Of a DNA stretch of 57,367 nt, positions 38,830 to 53,419 are shown in pieces. Numbering within the stretch: position 1 is the first letter of the stretch; each line of letters opens with the position of its first letter. The DNA comes from Octopus bimaculoides (lineage: Eukaryota): assembly GCF_001194135.2 (NCBI RefSeq), contig NC_068982.1, positions 21,536,883-21,594,249 of the forward strand. Reading direction: 5' to 3'. The notes under the pieces were generated by a model. The model made no database searches. It was not told the origin of the DNA and saw only the letters and a program-made list of their open reading frames with translations. The position numbers and the translations under genes are program-made.

Positions 38830-39010
38830 CACATTCCTACCTGGACGGGAAGCCAGTCCATCACAGATTTAGTGACTTTTATCAGCCGAGTGCGCAAGAG
38901 CAACGTGGAATGAAGTATTTTGCTCAAGAACACAATGTATCGTTCGGACCGGAATCAAAACCACTAAATTCTACAATCATGAGTCCAATACTCTCACCAC
39001 TAAACCATGG
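38830..39010 (-). mobile_element. CORE-type tRNA-headed SINE (degenerate)
   Basis: Minus strand CATGGTTTAGTGGTGAGAGTATTGGACTCATGA...TTTGATTCC (A/B-box-like), then GTGTTCTTGAGCAAAATACTTCATTCCACGTTGCTC. Confidence 0.65.
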
Positions 39011-39161
39011 ATGTATGTTGACTGGGTGCTTGGTGACTGATGTATGCTTACTACAGAGATTGAATTGTTTTGGTACATTACCTGGTATATTATTATAGCA
39101 TAAAATAAATTTTGTTCACATACAATTGTAATGCACTGATTGAAACACTTCAACAGGACAA

Positions 39162-39389
39162 TTAATGGATGTTGGCATACAAATGTTTATTTGACTTACT
39201 GTCGGCTTCGCCAGCGTCATTGTTCCCTGCAGCCGTAAGCCTCTGGTAGCATCGAACGTCCTCTGAAATTGGATTGTGTTTAAGACATTCCTTCAGATCA
39301 TTCAGTTTAGCAGAATCGATTGGCAGGAATGTCATCCATGCCTCTGTCAATTTACCATTGGAAGCACAATTCTTAAGTGCAGATAGCAT
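39162..39389 (-). mobile_element. Possible DNA-transposon C-terminal remnant (Sola-like?)
   Basis: LPIDSAKLNDLKECLKHNP...CYQRL resembles the PI..AK..DL..L...IP C-terminal motif I recall from invertebrate DDE transposases. Motif-level similarity only. Confidence 0.35.
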
Positions 39390-40925
39390 GTTTCAACTCT
39401 TCAGCAAATGAATGACGTTGAAGCGCTCATAAGACGTAATGTTTAAATATTGGGGCGGTTACCTCCTTTGTAAAGTATAATCTTGTACTTGTTATACAAG
39501 AATTGATTCTTTAAAAAGGGTTCTAAATTTATGTGTGGCATGAGCATGTCAGTGTGTGGATATGTGTTAGCTTCTGTGTGCGTGTGAATGTGAGTGTGTG
39601 TGAAAATATAAAGATTGGAGTGTTATGTGTCTTTAAAAATTATTCAATTAAAATTGTTTCTGGATATTAAATTCCGACGCATGTTTCTGCAATAAAAGTA
39701 TCTTAGTGTCGACAAATGTGAAACTTCTGTATTTCGATTGAAATTAAATCAACTATAGTACAAGTTCTCAACCAAAAAGTGACATTCTTTCACAGCCCTT
39801 TCCAAGGTGCTCTTCCACACGGGTAGATAAATGGAAATGAAATTTGCAAGATTGAGAAAGAAATTCCAAATATATCCCATCACTAGAGAGGGAAAATGAG
39901 AGGTGTAAGCAGCAGGTAGTGGACATCGTAACATAATTTTGTATAGGCAGAATTCTAGCGACATTTAAACTCAGATTGACCACATCGGCTACTAAGAATG
40001 TGGGTTTCTACAATGCTATTTAATGTAGAAAGGTAAGAATGAATTAGTATCACTGACCGTTCATACTAAAAACAATATAAATTAAATGGACGGATTACAA
40101 AAACCAAACACAAAAAATCTAATATTTTCATCAAAGTCTAACGAGATATATCCATAATAAAAAAAAATATTAAAATTTTAAAATATTAATTTTAATTTAC
40201 TCAATGAAAACTCTAATAGAATTATGTGCATTGGCAGAAAAACAACCAAAAGGTCATCCCAGTAGTTGAAATTGAGAATTAGTGTTCTTTAGTTAAACTT
40301 ATGTTATATTAATTTGAGAATATTTAATTAGGGTCCCGTGTGCTTCCCTCCTATCTAAATGATAAAATACTAAGACTAATTATTAGGAAACTATTTAAAG
40401 ATTTTTCTATATGCTAATTCATTCCCATAGTTTAATAACTTATACTTGGAGGTAAGGATATGGAACATTTCTTCAAGATAGTGATTACATTCACGACTAA
40501 CGCTTGTATAGAGTGAAGCATTATTTATAATGGAACATTTTATGTCATATTTTGTATTTGAATCTTTTATGATATACACGCGTTTACGTAAAGTCGTTCT
40601 CTATTTCTGAAAAAGAAAGACGAAGATGTTCGCTTTATTTGACGTCTTTTGAGCAAAATCTATGTAACAATACTATATCGTCGTATGGTACCGTACTTTT
40701 ATATACTAAATAATTTCTAAGGCACTAGTTTTCAACTGAACATTGGAGGCAGGTTTTACAATTACAAAGACGTTTTTTTTTTTTTCATCAGTAACGTTCT
40801 GTCTATTACTGGGAGAAGTACTATTTACTATCTTTTTTTAACTCAGTGTTACTCTCCAAATATTATCAGTATTACAGTATAATATATTAGGTGTGCCTAA
40901 TATATTATATTGTCATTGTCTAGTC

Positions 40926-41187
40926 CAGGGGTTTTCAAACTTCTTGACTTGCGGACCCCTTTATATTTCAGGCTTTACCTTATAAACGCTTATGAAATTG
41001 ACACATAAATATTTGCTTAAAATAACATTTATTTTTGCATTTATTTATTTAACAATATTTAACAAATAGGTTTATTGTCAATTAAAAGATTTCGATTAAA
41101 AAACATATATAAAATCAAATTGCCCATAAAAAGTATTTGCTGTCCACGGACCCCTGTGGTCCTCGGACCACAGTTTGAAAACCCCTG
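40926..41187. mobile_element. hAT MITE with perfect TIRs and 8-bp TSD
   Basis: TIR CAGGGGTTTTCAAACT / AGTTTGAAAACCCCTG; TSD GTCTAGTC at 40918-40925 and 41188-41195; subterminal GGACCCCT repeats. Confidence 0.95.
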
Positions 41188-41408
41188 GTCTAGTCCACTC
41201 ATTTCATAGGTATCTTGTATAGACTTTCTCCTTGCTCTAGTTTCTATGAATTCATTTTCGCTCCCATTATTACGGTAATCGGTACAAACGTTTCTGACAG
41301 CCTTGCTTTAATACCTATCATACCCACCGTCAACGAGATAGCTCTTATAGCAATTAGTCAAGTTAGCATTATTATTTACATTCCTTCTGTTAATTGGGTT
41401 TAATTGGT

Positions 41409-41462
<54 letters not shown>

Positions 41463-41568
41463 TATATGCATATATATATATGTATATCGGATTGTGTGTG
41501 TGTATGTGTGTGAGTGTGTGGGGAAACTTTATTTTTATTTCGTTGATATGCATATATTTATATACATA

Positions 41569-43276
41569 CATTTTGCTATACCACAAATCAGGATATTTGG
41601 GTTAACGTTTCAGCAAGGTAGCTTCAAATTAATGAGTCGTACATTTAGATACATTAGACAGGAGGGAATGTCAACATGCCTCTGTTCCTACTCATAATTC
41701 ATCACTTGACTGTATTTAACAACGTTCACATAGCGTTGGTATAAATGACAAGCGGTTTTGCCATTATGCTCCATTTGTTATAAAAGGGCTCAGATCGTAC
41801 AATCGTGGAGATGATGCAGAACATGTTAAGTGAAATTAGAATGTTATTTACGATAAGCAGGCAAATATATAATGTCAGCCAACAAAATAATGATGATTGA
41901 TCACAGAACATATATTTTAGTGGATATCTATATCTGTATAGATATATCGTTTGTAGAAAAGGGGTGTCATTAACAGTCATTGAATCAGTTCACGAGATTT
42001 CACCACAAACCACGTTGAATGGATGCAGTTTGTGTCTTACATTAGATACTCACTTTGAGAGCTTTACTGCTTTGTTTATATTCGCTTTCTTTTCTCTCCC
42101 TAGCTCCATTCCCACTCTAGCATTGCACCTTGCTATGGCCTGGTATAGCGCAATCAATAATAAATTGGTTCAACTCTCTAGTGACCACGCTTACAGAGAA
42201 TAGTTACAAATCTGTTTACATTATATGAAAAACTCAGATTATGTCGTTGCCTTTTGCCATTGAATACTTAACATAAAAATCCATTCATTTTGCATTGATT
42301 TGGATGCGAAATTATGTATTCAACGATGTCCCTCATAATACACATCTCACACCAACTCCAGCTTGTGACAGTGTTATTTGATTTTTTTACATAGTGATAT
42401 GGATTCACCGGTGTCAACATCATTTCCTATAAATTTATTGGCTTCAATTATATGTCAGATTTCCAATTTGAATACATCAGTGGAGTTTATGTGCTACGTA
42501 TACTCATATTTGTGATTAAAAATATATTTGTTTACAGAATGCAAATGGTACGTTCCTTTTAGTATTATCTGTCAAAAACGTCATATTCATTTTTGCAATG
42601 GTGCGAGATTATTCTAGATATTTTTCGTTCATTATTGTTTAGATTTAATATCTCATGAACTGGAAATGTCTTAATGTCCCTTCAGTGTACTGCTCCCTAT
42701 GTGTTTTGAAATATTTGCCTTGTTTGCTCCGTTAATATTTTTTGTATGTTTGAACAGGAGAATTGTTTTTCTTTTTCTTAATGCCGTATAAAGCAAGGAA
42801 TCCTCCCTTTTGCGCATTGCTTTCTGTTGCTGAGTAATGGAATGTATAACTACTTCTTTTTTCCGTGGTTTTCTTTATGGGGTTATAAATTAATGTTTGT
42901 AGCAGAAATGACAAGAACGCATCCACTAAAATATATGTTCTGTGATCAAGCATCATTATTTTGTTGGCTGACATCAGATATTGCCTGCTTATCATAAATG
43001 ACATTCTAATTTCGCTTAACATGTTCAACAGCATCTCCACGATTGTACGATCTGAGCTCTTTTATAACAAATGGAGCATAATGGCAAAACCGATTGTCAT
43101 TTATGCCAACGCTATGCGAACGTTCTTAAATACAGTCAAGTGATCAATTATGAGTAGGAACAGAGGCATGTTGACATTGCCTCCTGTCTAATGTATCTAA
43201 ATGTACGACTCATTAATTTGAAGCTACCTTGCTGAAACGTTAACCTAAATATCTTGATTTGTAGTATAACAAAATG
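41569..43276. mobile_element. Unclassified 1.7-kb element with ~357-bp inverted repeats
   Basis: 41569-41925 is the reverse complement of 42921-43276 with about 20 differences by eye. The ~1-kb interior has no intact ORF and there is no clear TSD. Confidence 0.8.
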
Positions 43277-45539
43277 GCATATTATCCGCGACATCTTGAC
43301 CGATCAATGTACATGTACTGAATGTAAACTTATAGACAAAATAATTGAGTAAATAACTACAAACGATGACGATGACCAAGAAATATTGAAAACAAATATC
43401 GATTATTCGATTTTCACACATGTAGTGTATATGAATGTAAATTCCTATACTAATAATTCACTATTTATATCCTAGCCTTCCTATTCTTGCCATGTCTTAA
43501 TTTTCGGCTATTACGTAACATAAACCAAAAAATACTAAATGATTCATGCAGGACACAATTCTGTCATGGTATAGTTCCACTCAAAAGTTGCTACTCAATC
43601 AACTTTGGTAAAGCTTTTAATGAGAAACTGGTATTGTTGTGACTTGTCATCTATATAGTGAACCAGTGTTATAATAGTACTGGTCAGTGTAGTTAAAATG
43701 GCTTTATTTTTCTTGGAATTTTATCTTTTATTATTAATGAACTAGTAGTCGTAATGAGCCAGCTTTTTAACTCAGAAGCATAAGCAGAAAAGGAGGGAAA
43801 GTGCTCTTTGACACTTGATCTATAAGCAGTCTTCGAGACCATGTTCTTCACTACTAGGTTACATACTTCAAAGTTGAATCGGGCTGAGATTTTTCTACAA
43901 ATTTAATTTGAATTATAACATTCAAATTCAATTGAGATAATAAATACAGCAGTAAATATGACCAGCCTGGGTTCAAGTCAAAATCACATAAAATAATTTT
44001 CTAGAAAGAAAAAAATGCATTTTTTCTTACTTTGTAATCTTCCATATTTTGACCCAAGTTTAAATTATGTTTCATCAGCGGTGATATTCAATTTTCAGAT
44101 GATGTGCTATTGCGATAGTGTCATTTTACATGTCATTATTTATATCGGTCCATTTCGAACTTAAATATATTTCAAAATACAATGTTGAGTAATAATGATG
44201 AATAATAACAAACGACATTTAGGTTTAGTTTTCGGTCTTATGCTTCTTAACCAATACTGAGACATTTTTTTTTTCTTATTTCCACCTTGTTTAAATTATT
44301 CAGGTGATACCTATTTGCTTTAGCAAATATTCTGTAGCACACTTTTAGCATATAAATTTTTAAGAATATCTTTTTATATTTCTCCTCTGTCAGCAAAGTC
44401 GTCTTCGTAATTTTATGCTTCCTTGCAAATGAAAAAAATAGCTTCCTTTCTTGCGTTGTTCGTGTTTGTATCGCCTCGCATTAGTTTCTATTCATTTTTA
44501 CGAGATGTTTTTTATAATCCTCCTGTGGTTATTTATAATAGATTTCTATTTACGTTCTACAACTCAACTAGAACCCGCTTTTCTAGTTGAGGGCTAGGTG
44601 TTACAATCTAACTAAATAGTTTTGTAGCTGAGTTATCTAAATGTAGTGACTGCATTTTCATTTTTTTTTGTCTTGTTTTGGTAATTCATTTAGAATTCAC
44701 TTGAGAATATTTTATCTATATATGTGATATTATTGGAACATCTCTAGTCTAAATTCTAGACATCTTGAAATAGTTTTGTTTCAAATCTAATACATCTATA
44801 TTTCTGTCTAACTTTCTTTAATATGTGATTGCTGTTCTCTTTCTCACATTATAAATATAAGTATGATTGTATTTGGTAAAATCCTGTTTTGATCTCACTT
44901 TTAACAAGGTACTACTGCTCGTAATTAGATATTCACCCTTCAAATTTGCAATTTCTACTTGAATTTCCTAACAATTTGTCTGATAAATCTGTGGACACTT
45001 GTTAAAATTGTTTGTAATTGTGTAGCATCTGTAGTGTAAAACGTAAGTGAATTGTAATCCCATATCATATGTATTTGTGTGTCATCAGGTTTACCATACT
45101 AACTAAAGATACACACAATACGCCAAGTAACTGCATCTCCATCAAGTATCTCAGCCAAGGTTAGTCATTGTAATTATTTCATTTGTTAGCATTTGTACGG
45201 CTGTTTAGGATTTACTCAAGACGTGTTTAAGGTAGATATATTTGTATTCTTCCTAGCCACGCCATGCTCAGCTCCATTCTATTTCTTACTTTTAATATAG
45301 CTATGTTGACCTGCAATTGATCTTCACAATCCTATGAGGAATTTTAATATTCCTTCTTCTCTTCTGGGAATGAGTATTATTTCAGTTAAGAATTCATAAA
45401 CAGTAAAACGGGTAAATAATCAGTGTAGATTTTAGAGTCTGGCGGTGTTTTAATCTATATTATTAGGATGGTTCTGTTATCGTAAGAAGAAAGATTTTTA
45501 CACTGGTACTAAAGTTTTACGCTGGCTAAATATTTCAGC

Positions 45540-46200
45540 TAAAATATGAGATTTTACCCATTACTTAGTCCATTTCACTCTGGTTCTTCTAGTTTCCTGT
45601 TATATTTTAAAATTGATATAGCAACCCAAATTGTTCAGGTGCAGCGTTTTATTCTTTTGAACAATCTCATCCATGGTGATCCGTTCACTGTATATACGTT
45701 TTTTTTTTTTTTTTATAATTCAATATTATTTGCAGTTTTGGCTACATTGATTTGAATCTTATTTTTATCCAGTTCTTGAAGTAATCGTATTCGGATTGTA
45801 AAGTATTCTTTTAAAGAGTCGTTGTCATCTTTCATACAAATGGATTCAATGCGATTTAGCGTGAAAATATTGTTTTGGGCGCTATTTCTTTCAGTATTCA
45901 ATTGTTTTCATAAAGTTATATTTTGATAGTATTTGTCTCATTGCCCCACGTTTTACAATTGTCTTCTTTTCCGAATTGAATATTCTTTTACTTTCCGTCT
46001 CTTCTGTATATCTAAATCAGATTTAGATATTCCTGTTTCAGCACATCTGAGAGAGTATCCAGTCTTTCCTGTGACTACTATCGCTGTAGCATATATTATT
46101 TCGTTTATTCAACTCAAATTGATGTTCGTGTATTTTTTCATTAAGTCAGCAACTGCATATTTTCTGAAGCTTTTATTGTTGTTACTTCATCATCGATAAG
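45540..46200 (-). mobile_element. Decayed N-terminal ORF region of an R4/Dong-like LINE
   Basis: Minus strand KYTNINLS*INEIIYATAIVVTGKTG...PWMRLFKRIK...ISILK matches the IYATA...PW..RL..KI motif order I recall for R4/Dong ORFs. Confidence 0.5.
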
Positions 46201-46567
46201 TAAGATTTTTTTTTTCTTATTTCTTTCGTTCTTTTTTTTTTTTTCTTTTACTTCAGAAGTACTTTCAATCGCCTGCACAAAGATATTCCATCATTTTCAA
46301 TTTTTTTTATTTCCACACTTAGTTTGCTTTCCTTTTTATAATAACCTTCTTATAATTTTCTGTTATATCTTCCAACGACACTCGTATGATTATTATTATT
46401 ATTATTATTATTATTGTTGTTGTTGTTGTTGTTGTTGTTATTATTATTGTTATTATTATTATTATTATTATTTTATCATTATTATTATGTCCATCATCAT
46501 CATCTTCATCTACATCATCATCATCATCTACGTCATTATTATTAATATATATATATATATATATAAA

Positions 46568-46660
<93 letters not shown>

Positions 46661-47075
46661 CTTATGTCAGTTTGAGTTGTTCTCTTTCTCTCTTCCTTGT
46701 CAGTCTGCGCTTCGCATGTTAGGGTACGCATTTGCTGTTTCGCAATTCAGTTTATGTTCTCCGTTATATTTTTGACTTTTATGATTTATATTCTCAACGT
46801 TCTTTTCTTTTCATGCACATTGTTTGTGTTAGTTTCTTATACGTGTTTTCAATACTCATCCGTTCTTTCAAGTGGTATTTTCATAAGTCTGATATATTTC
46901 TTAGAATATATCTCTTAAAATTATCTAGTCTTTTGGGATCCAAATTCACTTTTAGATAAGAGTTATTTTCTCTCCGAACTTATCACAAAAATAATGTCGG
47001 AATTTTGCTTAGAAGTAGAGTGCCATTGTAAAAAAAATAACTCGTACAGAAACCTATTCCTGTCGTGTATATTTA
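46661..47075 (-). mobile_element. Possible Tx1/L1-like 3' remnant between (ATT)n and (TTC)n
   Basis: Minus strand LDPKRLDNFKRYILRNISDL*KYHLKERMSIE resembles the L1/Tx1 ORF2 end; it runs into (AAT)n on the minus strand. Confidence 0.4.
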
Positions 47076-47158
47076 TGAAAGCTCTTCTTCTTCTTTTTCT
47101 TCTTCTTCTTCTTCTTCTTCTTCTTCTTCTTCTTCTTCTTCTTCTTCTTCTTCTTCTT

Positions 47159-47645
<487 letters not shown>

Positions 47646-47654
47646 ATTATTATT

Positions 47655-47850
47655 GAGAGGAGACCTCCTTCGCTCATGAATGACCATAGGAGTGCACCTA
47701 GAAAGTTACCCTCCCAGGCACAAGTCCGAACAAGGTTGTTTGTGGAAGGCCAGCAGTCACCCATGCATAGCACCCTCCCCTCTCCACAACACTGATGTTA
47801 TTCAAGGTAAAGGCAAAGGCTGATACAGCTTGGCACCAGTGATGTCGCAG
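47655..47850 (-). mobile_element. 3' fragment of an interspersed repeat (recalled as a SINE with RTE-related tail)
   Basis: CCTCCTTCG.TCATGAATGACCA...AAGGCAAAGGC.GATACAGCTTGGCACCAGTGA is recognised from memory as a common octopus repeat. It is single-copy in this window, so there is no internal confirmation. Confidence 0.5.
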
Positions 47851-49661
47851 TCATGATCATCATCATTATTAATATTATTATTATTGATGATGTGTGTGTG
47901 GTCAAACAAAATATAGCGATCTGGAACTCGCAAGCAGTTACCGAATTTTATTATTTTAAACTCAGTAACTTTGGAGTTGGTGTACCATTTTGTCATTACG
48001 CCAAGCAACATTCGCTGAATGTTATTGACGTTGCGAATTTTTTGTCCCTTCGAGAAGTATGAAAGTTGAAAATACGAACTTTTTACTTTATATTAAATTA
48101 CAGTATGACTTTTCAAATCAAGACCATAAATAACTGTTCCAAGAGCAAGTAGAAAAGTTATTTCTCACTTCTGTCTCATTCAGTTCACAAAGAGTATATG
48201 AATGACAATGGCAATGACAACAACAACAGCAAAAACGACAAAACCGCAAACATTAAAAAAGAAGCCTAAGTGACAGAGTTTCAAAACAATAAGTGAAAAC
48301 TAAGCCACAGAGTCCATGCCTCACATAGCTAAAGTTGCTAGCCACACCAGCCACAACAATGAGAAACGGATAGGCAAAGGAAACAATGAAGCAAGCCTCT
48401 ACCACTACCACCAATACAGATTTAATGCACCCCCCCCCAAAAAAAAAGTCTACACCGAGGGTTGAAAACAAAATAGTAACGGTTTCATGAACGCATGAAG
48501 AAACTTAGAGGCAATATATTTATCAGAACAAGGACTATGGAATGCAAAACGCATCGTACCAACATTGGTAGAATAAATTACAAGTACACCGCAAAAATTG
48601 AAGAAGGCTAACAGAAACTAAAACAGCTATATACACATATATTAAAAATAAAATGAGGCGATTTAAATAAGTCACGCCAGTCGCGATTCAAAATACCTTC
48701 AGTTAACCAGGGATGCAAAAATCTACGACGTTCGAGGAGCAGAGTTTGGTACATTTAATGCGTGGCTTCAAACTGGAGTCAAAAGACAATTCGACAAACT
48801 CAGATATAGTTCGGTCGAGAGTCTTAAAAAGAAAACTTACTAAGGTACTGTACCATCAGAAGTCGATATCCAACTGCTAAGTGCAGATTTAATTGTTTTG
48901 GCCAAGGTTTTGACAAATTGACTGGTTGTCATAGACCTCAGTCTGATTCTTGAGTCACAGACATATTCCATCTAAAAGAGATCAATCAATAGCATCTATT
49001 TCTTGCAGTACATCATAGAAAAGGTGATGAAAGAATGTGGCACAGGTGGGACCCTAATCGGAATCTTTCGATGGTGTCAAGTATGTGTACATGGTGGCTG
49101 TCCTCAAAGTGACTGGTTTCGTCCCAGTTTTCGGGACAAGTATTGACTCAATGAACAATGACATACGTTTGGTGGTCAGAGAGAAATAGCCACCTCTCGT
49201 AACTAATCAAGTAATATCATCAACTCGGTCTGGCAGAGTTCTTATCTTCCATAGAGTCAATATGTATTGACTCTAAAGTCACTACAGTTGAAACTAGGGA
49301 CGTCTGGGTAATAGTACTGGGCAACAAGTATATCGAACATCATTTGTACCGATTTGAAGAATATGAGACAGTTATAGGAGCGAAAATTAATGAAGCAAGT
49401 CAATAGACCTGCATTACGTATTATGATCAATCCTTGAAACGAATTTCTTAATACCGTTAATAAATTTTTATCGATACTCGAGATTAGTTATGTCTTCTTT
49501 CGTTTATATTTTCCGTCTAATTTTTTGAAAACTTTCCATTCTAAGACCTGTATTTTCTCACGTTATCAAAACTAATACTGTTCAACTTAACATCTAGATA
49601 TGAGTTATAATCTTACCACGTTTTGAATTTCTATATTACCGTAGTTTCTTTTTAGAGGTAG

Positions 49662-49709
<48 letters not shown>

Positions 49710-50819
49710 CATGTTCATGTCACTGACGCTAATCTATAAAAGCCAAAGCTTTTTCGTAACTGCGTTTATGTTACCCTAATGCTGTACGAATCATGAACGA
49801 ACGATCAATCACAAAGCCACCGAGACCAACTTTACATATTTAGCAATCGACTCTGTTAACCCTTTTACTCTTTAACAATATTATGTGCATGAAGTTATTA
49901 TTTATGTATTTAACTTTTTGAGCTCCACGAAGTGAAATTTCATTGCATATATCGTGCTACTGCATGTGACAGCAAAGGAATTATCTTCTGTGCTAATACA
50001 TCAACGTATTGTGCATATAATAATAACAATAGTAATAATACAGAAGTTATAATATATTCCTTCCGAATGGAATTAAAGTTTCAGCCTCGGTATATCCAAT
50101 ATAAATTAAAAACGAAAATAATTTTGGCAGAAATTTTTCATATATTCCCACCATCAATCATTATTTTCCAGGCGATATGTAAGATGGTTTTCTTTTTCTT
50201 ACAAGTTCGGTAAGAGTTAGAATCACCGTGTACGGACAAACATCGGATACATTTTGATACTCTATAGATGAACCAAATGCTTAAGAACAAATACAAACCG
50301 AATTCAAAGACATACAACATAAACCAAAATAAGTTATTGATAAAGCAAAATACTTAAAAAAGTCACTAAATAACAGCAATGACAAAGGGAAAAGAAAAAT
50401 TTAATAAGACATAAATGAAAAATGCTTCAAACGTAACTATATAAAACATTGTGATTTTAAATTTGCTAAAAACCTAAAGAAAGAAATTTATTATGATATA
50501 CGATTTCATGTTTAATTTCCGGTTCAAAGTAAGCAATTTTTCACGTACGTAACGAGATCGCGTATCAATCAATCTATCAAGACCATACATTCTTACTATT
50601 CTGAAGTTATAATCGGATTTTCAGAAAATCTCTGAATCTGGTGATAATAAAATGAAGGGGAGATGCCTATCGCAGATCCTGTATTGGACCCTTTTTCTGT
50701 GGAAATTACAAATATACAATAATATAATGTAATATTTATAACATGTATGCACATACACACATGCACACGCTCATGTATACATGTATATGTATACTCAAAC
50801 TCCCTTATTCACCAAATCC

Positions 50820-50930
50820 CACATATCAGAGGAGGCTCTCAATGATAATAGTGTAATAAAACAGCGCTGTCCCAGGATGGCCACAACTTTCAGCTAAAAC
50901 TGATAACACAATAAAACAATAAAACAATAC
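50820..50930 (+). mobile_element. Probable SINE 3' tail fragment
   Basis: GCTGTCCCAGGATGGCCACAACTTTCAGCTAAAACTG followed by (ATAAAACA)n, similar in layout to the 35690-35730 tail. Confidence 0.4.
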
Positions 50931-50945
50931 TTACCTACACACACA

Positions 50946-50984
<39 letters not shown>

Positions 50985-51312
50985 TATTTGCTTCTTTGGA
51001 ATCCTCCGCTTAGCAGGTTAATCCACTTCGCGGGAAGAGCTATTCTAAGAGCGCGTTCTACCTCATCGAAACACCCAGTTTAGAATTGAGGCAGCGGATG
51101 AAGGAACACTTCCATAAGTGGCTCGTCTGTTTTCCTATGTGTTCATTCCGTTGTCCGTACAAAAAGGCCGTTTCTTGTGCTTTGTTTATGTTCCCGTTCC
51201 TTTTTTTGTCCACGCTTTTCGACGTCCTGTACCCGGATATGCATCTATATATACATGTAGATATAGATATGTACATATATGTATGTATAGATGCATATGC
51301 TCATATATCATT

Positions 51313-51349
<37 letters not shown>

Positions 51350-51598
51350 NNNNNNNNNNNNNNNNNNNNNNNNNNNNNNNNNNNNNNNNNNNNNNNNNNN
51401 NNNNNNNNNNNNNNNNNNNNNNNNNNNNNNNNNNNNNNNNNNNNNNNNNNNNNNNNNNNNNNNNNNNNNNNNNNNNNNNNNNNNNNNNNNNNNNNNNNNN
51501 NNNNNNNNNNNNNNNNNNNNNNNNNNNNNNNNNNNNNNNNNNNNNNNNNNNNATTACATGTGAACTTCTAGGACATTAACAGCCCACCTAGTGGTCTC

Positions 51599-51641
<43 letters not shown>

Positions 51642-52101
51642 TACTGATGACCCTGCCTTCTTAAAAACCCGGACTTCGATCTGCATTAGTCTTGACTTAA
51701 CAAAAAATTAAAATAACACATTTTTGAACAGCCTGCACAAAGAATTTGCTTTGTTATGAATAAGTCCGTGTAGACCCTAACCAGTCTCATAGTGGAATCC
51801 AAACAGATGGAATGCATACCCTGTAGATGGAAAAGAAAGGCTACAATATGCAAGCAATTTTATGCTGATCTCCCTAATCGTCTCAGTTTACGTCCAATAT
51901 GAGTTTCATATAAAAATATGTGTATGTGTAAGAGCGGAAGAACGTGTGCGTGCGGGAGCACTATGGGGTGCTACATATAGAAAAAGAAAGAGAAGGAGAG
52001 ATCCACCATTGACATCAAGGCTCACAACTCCTGGCGTTTCAGGTTTTTCTCTCACAAAATTATTGTTGGTACTGAGGCTAAAGTTTTTGCTATTCTGGCT
52101 A

Positions 52102-52301
52102 CAGTAATCCTTCGCCATCTCGCGGTTCACCTATCGTGGTTTATTGCTTAAGTTTACGTCGATTCCTCCGTAGTGTTGTTTTGCATTTATACTAAAATAG
52201 ATAAACTATAAAAAAATATTCAGTATTGTTTCTAATTCGCGGATTTTCACCTATCGTGGGGTGTTTAGAACGTATCACCCACGATAGTAGCGGGATTACT
52301 G
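52102..52301. mobile_element. Tigger/pogo-like MITE with TA TSD
   Basis: TA|CAGTAATCC...GGATTACTG|TA, with internal TCGCGG.TT.ACCTATCGTGG repeats. Confidence 0.85.
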
Positions 52302-53419
52302 TATTCAGAATTAACTAGTAATACCATATACAGATATCCTTTATCATCACAATAATATTTCAATTCCACTTCCCACTTTTCACACCAAAAGCCAGTCGCT
52401 ACCCATCCTTAGTTTCATGTTCAACCATCGTTAACTTATGACTCCTGTGTTAAGCATAAACATTACACTTCAATTTGTCATTATAATACAAATCCCCACC
52501 AACAAAACACAATTTTCTGCTAATTCACATGTGTCTACAGAAGAAAGATTTGCCAGTTTTATCCTGACGTACCCTGGTAAATAATATTCAATCTCTACTC
52601 TCTATCATTTTAGTTCTTAAGAGGTTCTCGGACAGCTGTGTAGATCCCACCAATGCTCGAGGAAGATATTTTTTCTGCGAAGCGCTTCTACTGAGAAAAA
52701 AAAATTGATTCACCGCATCCCTTGTTCCTTATTCTCCATTGTTAGTATTTGATAGTTATCCGTTTCTCTAACACTTTCCTCTTAAATCCCCACTCTCTTC
52801 CTCTCTCACTTTGACTCACTTATACATACATATAGTTGCCGAATGCAAAATTTATTGAATCGAATCCTACCACCATTAATATCAACCATGTACCTGTAAT
52901 AAAATTCTCTGACAAAATTCCTTCATTTGCCCCCCACATCTTGCATATCTGGTTTAGCGCCCGTGTCTCCTACTTTTCGAATCCTATTTAGCTCTTTATA
53001 AGGAGTTATCCCAGTGTTCCAAAATGAGTTATAGAATGTCTCACATTATGAAAAGGAATCTTACATTATGTAATACCGTTTTAGAGATCTCACTTTCGAG
53101 ATTTAAAAGATGATGAAAATTCTTACTAACGTTATTTTCTTTCACCGCCATGCTTCTCTTAACGTTCTCGGTGACTATATGTGCTATTTTGTGATGCATA
53201 ACTATGAGAAACCTGGTGGTCGATGTCACACAGTGTTGATAGGTTACCTATGCAAGGACAGTGTTTTCATGTCGTCCCTGTAAACCTTGGAGTCTAAGTA
53301 ACATGAAATAGTTCTAGATACGTTACCTAGCTTACCTCTTATCCTTATGCTTGGATCTTGCTCAAAATTGTAACATTTTTGTGTACCGGAATATCGCTCT
53401 TTCACTCTAGTTAAATATG

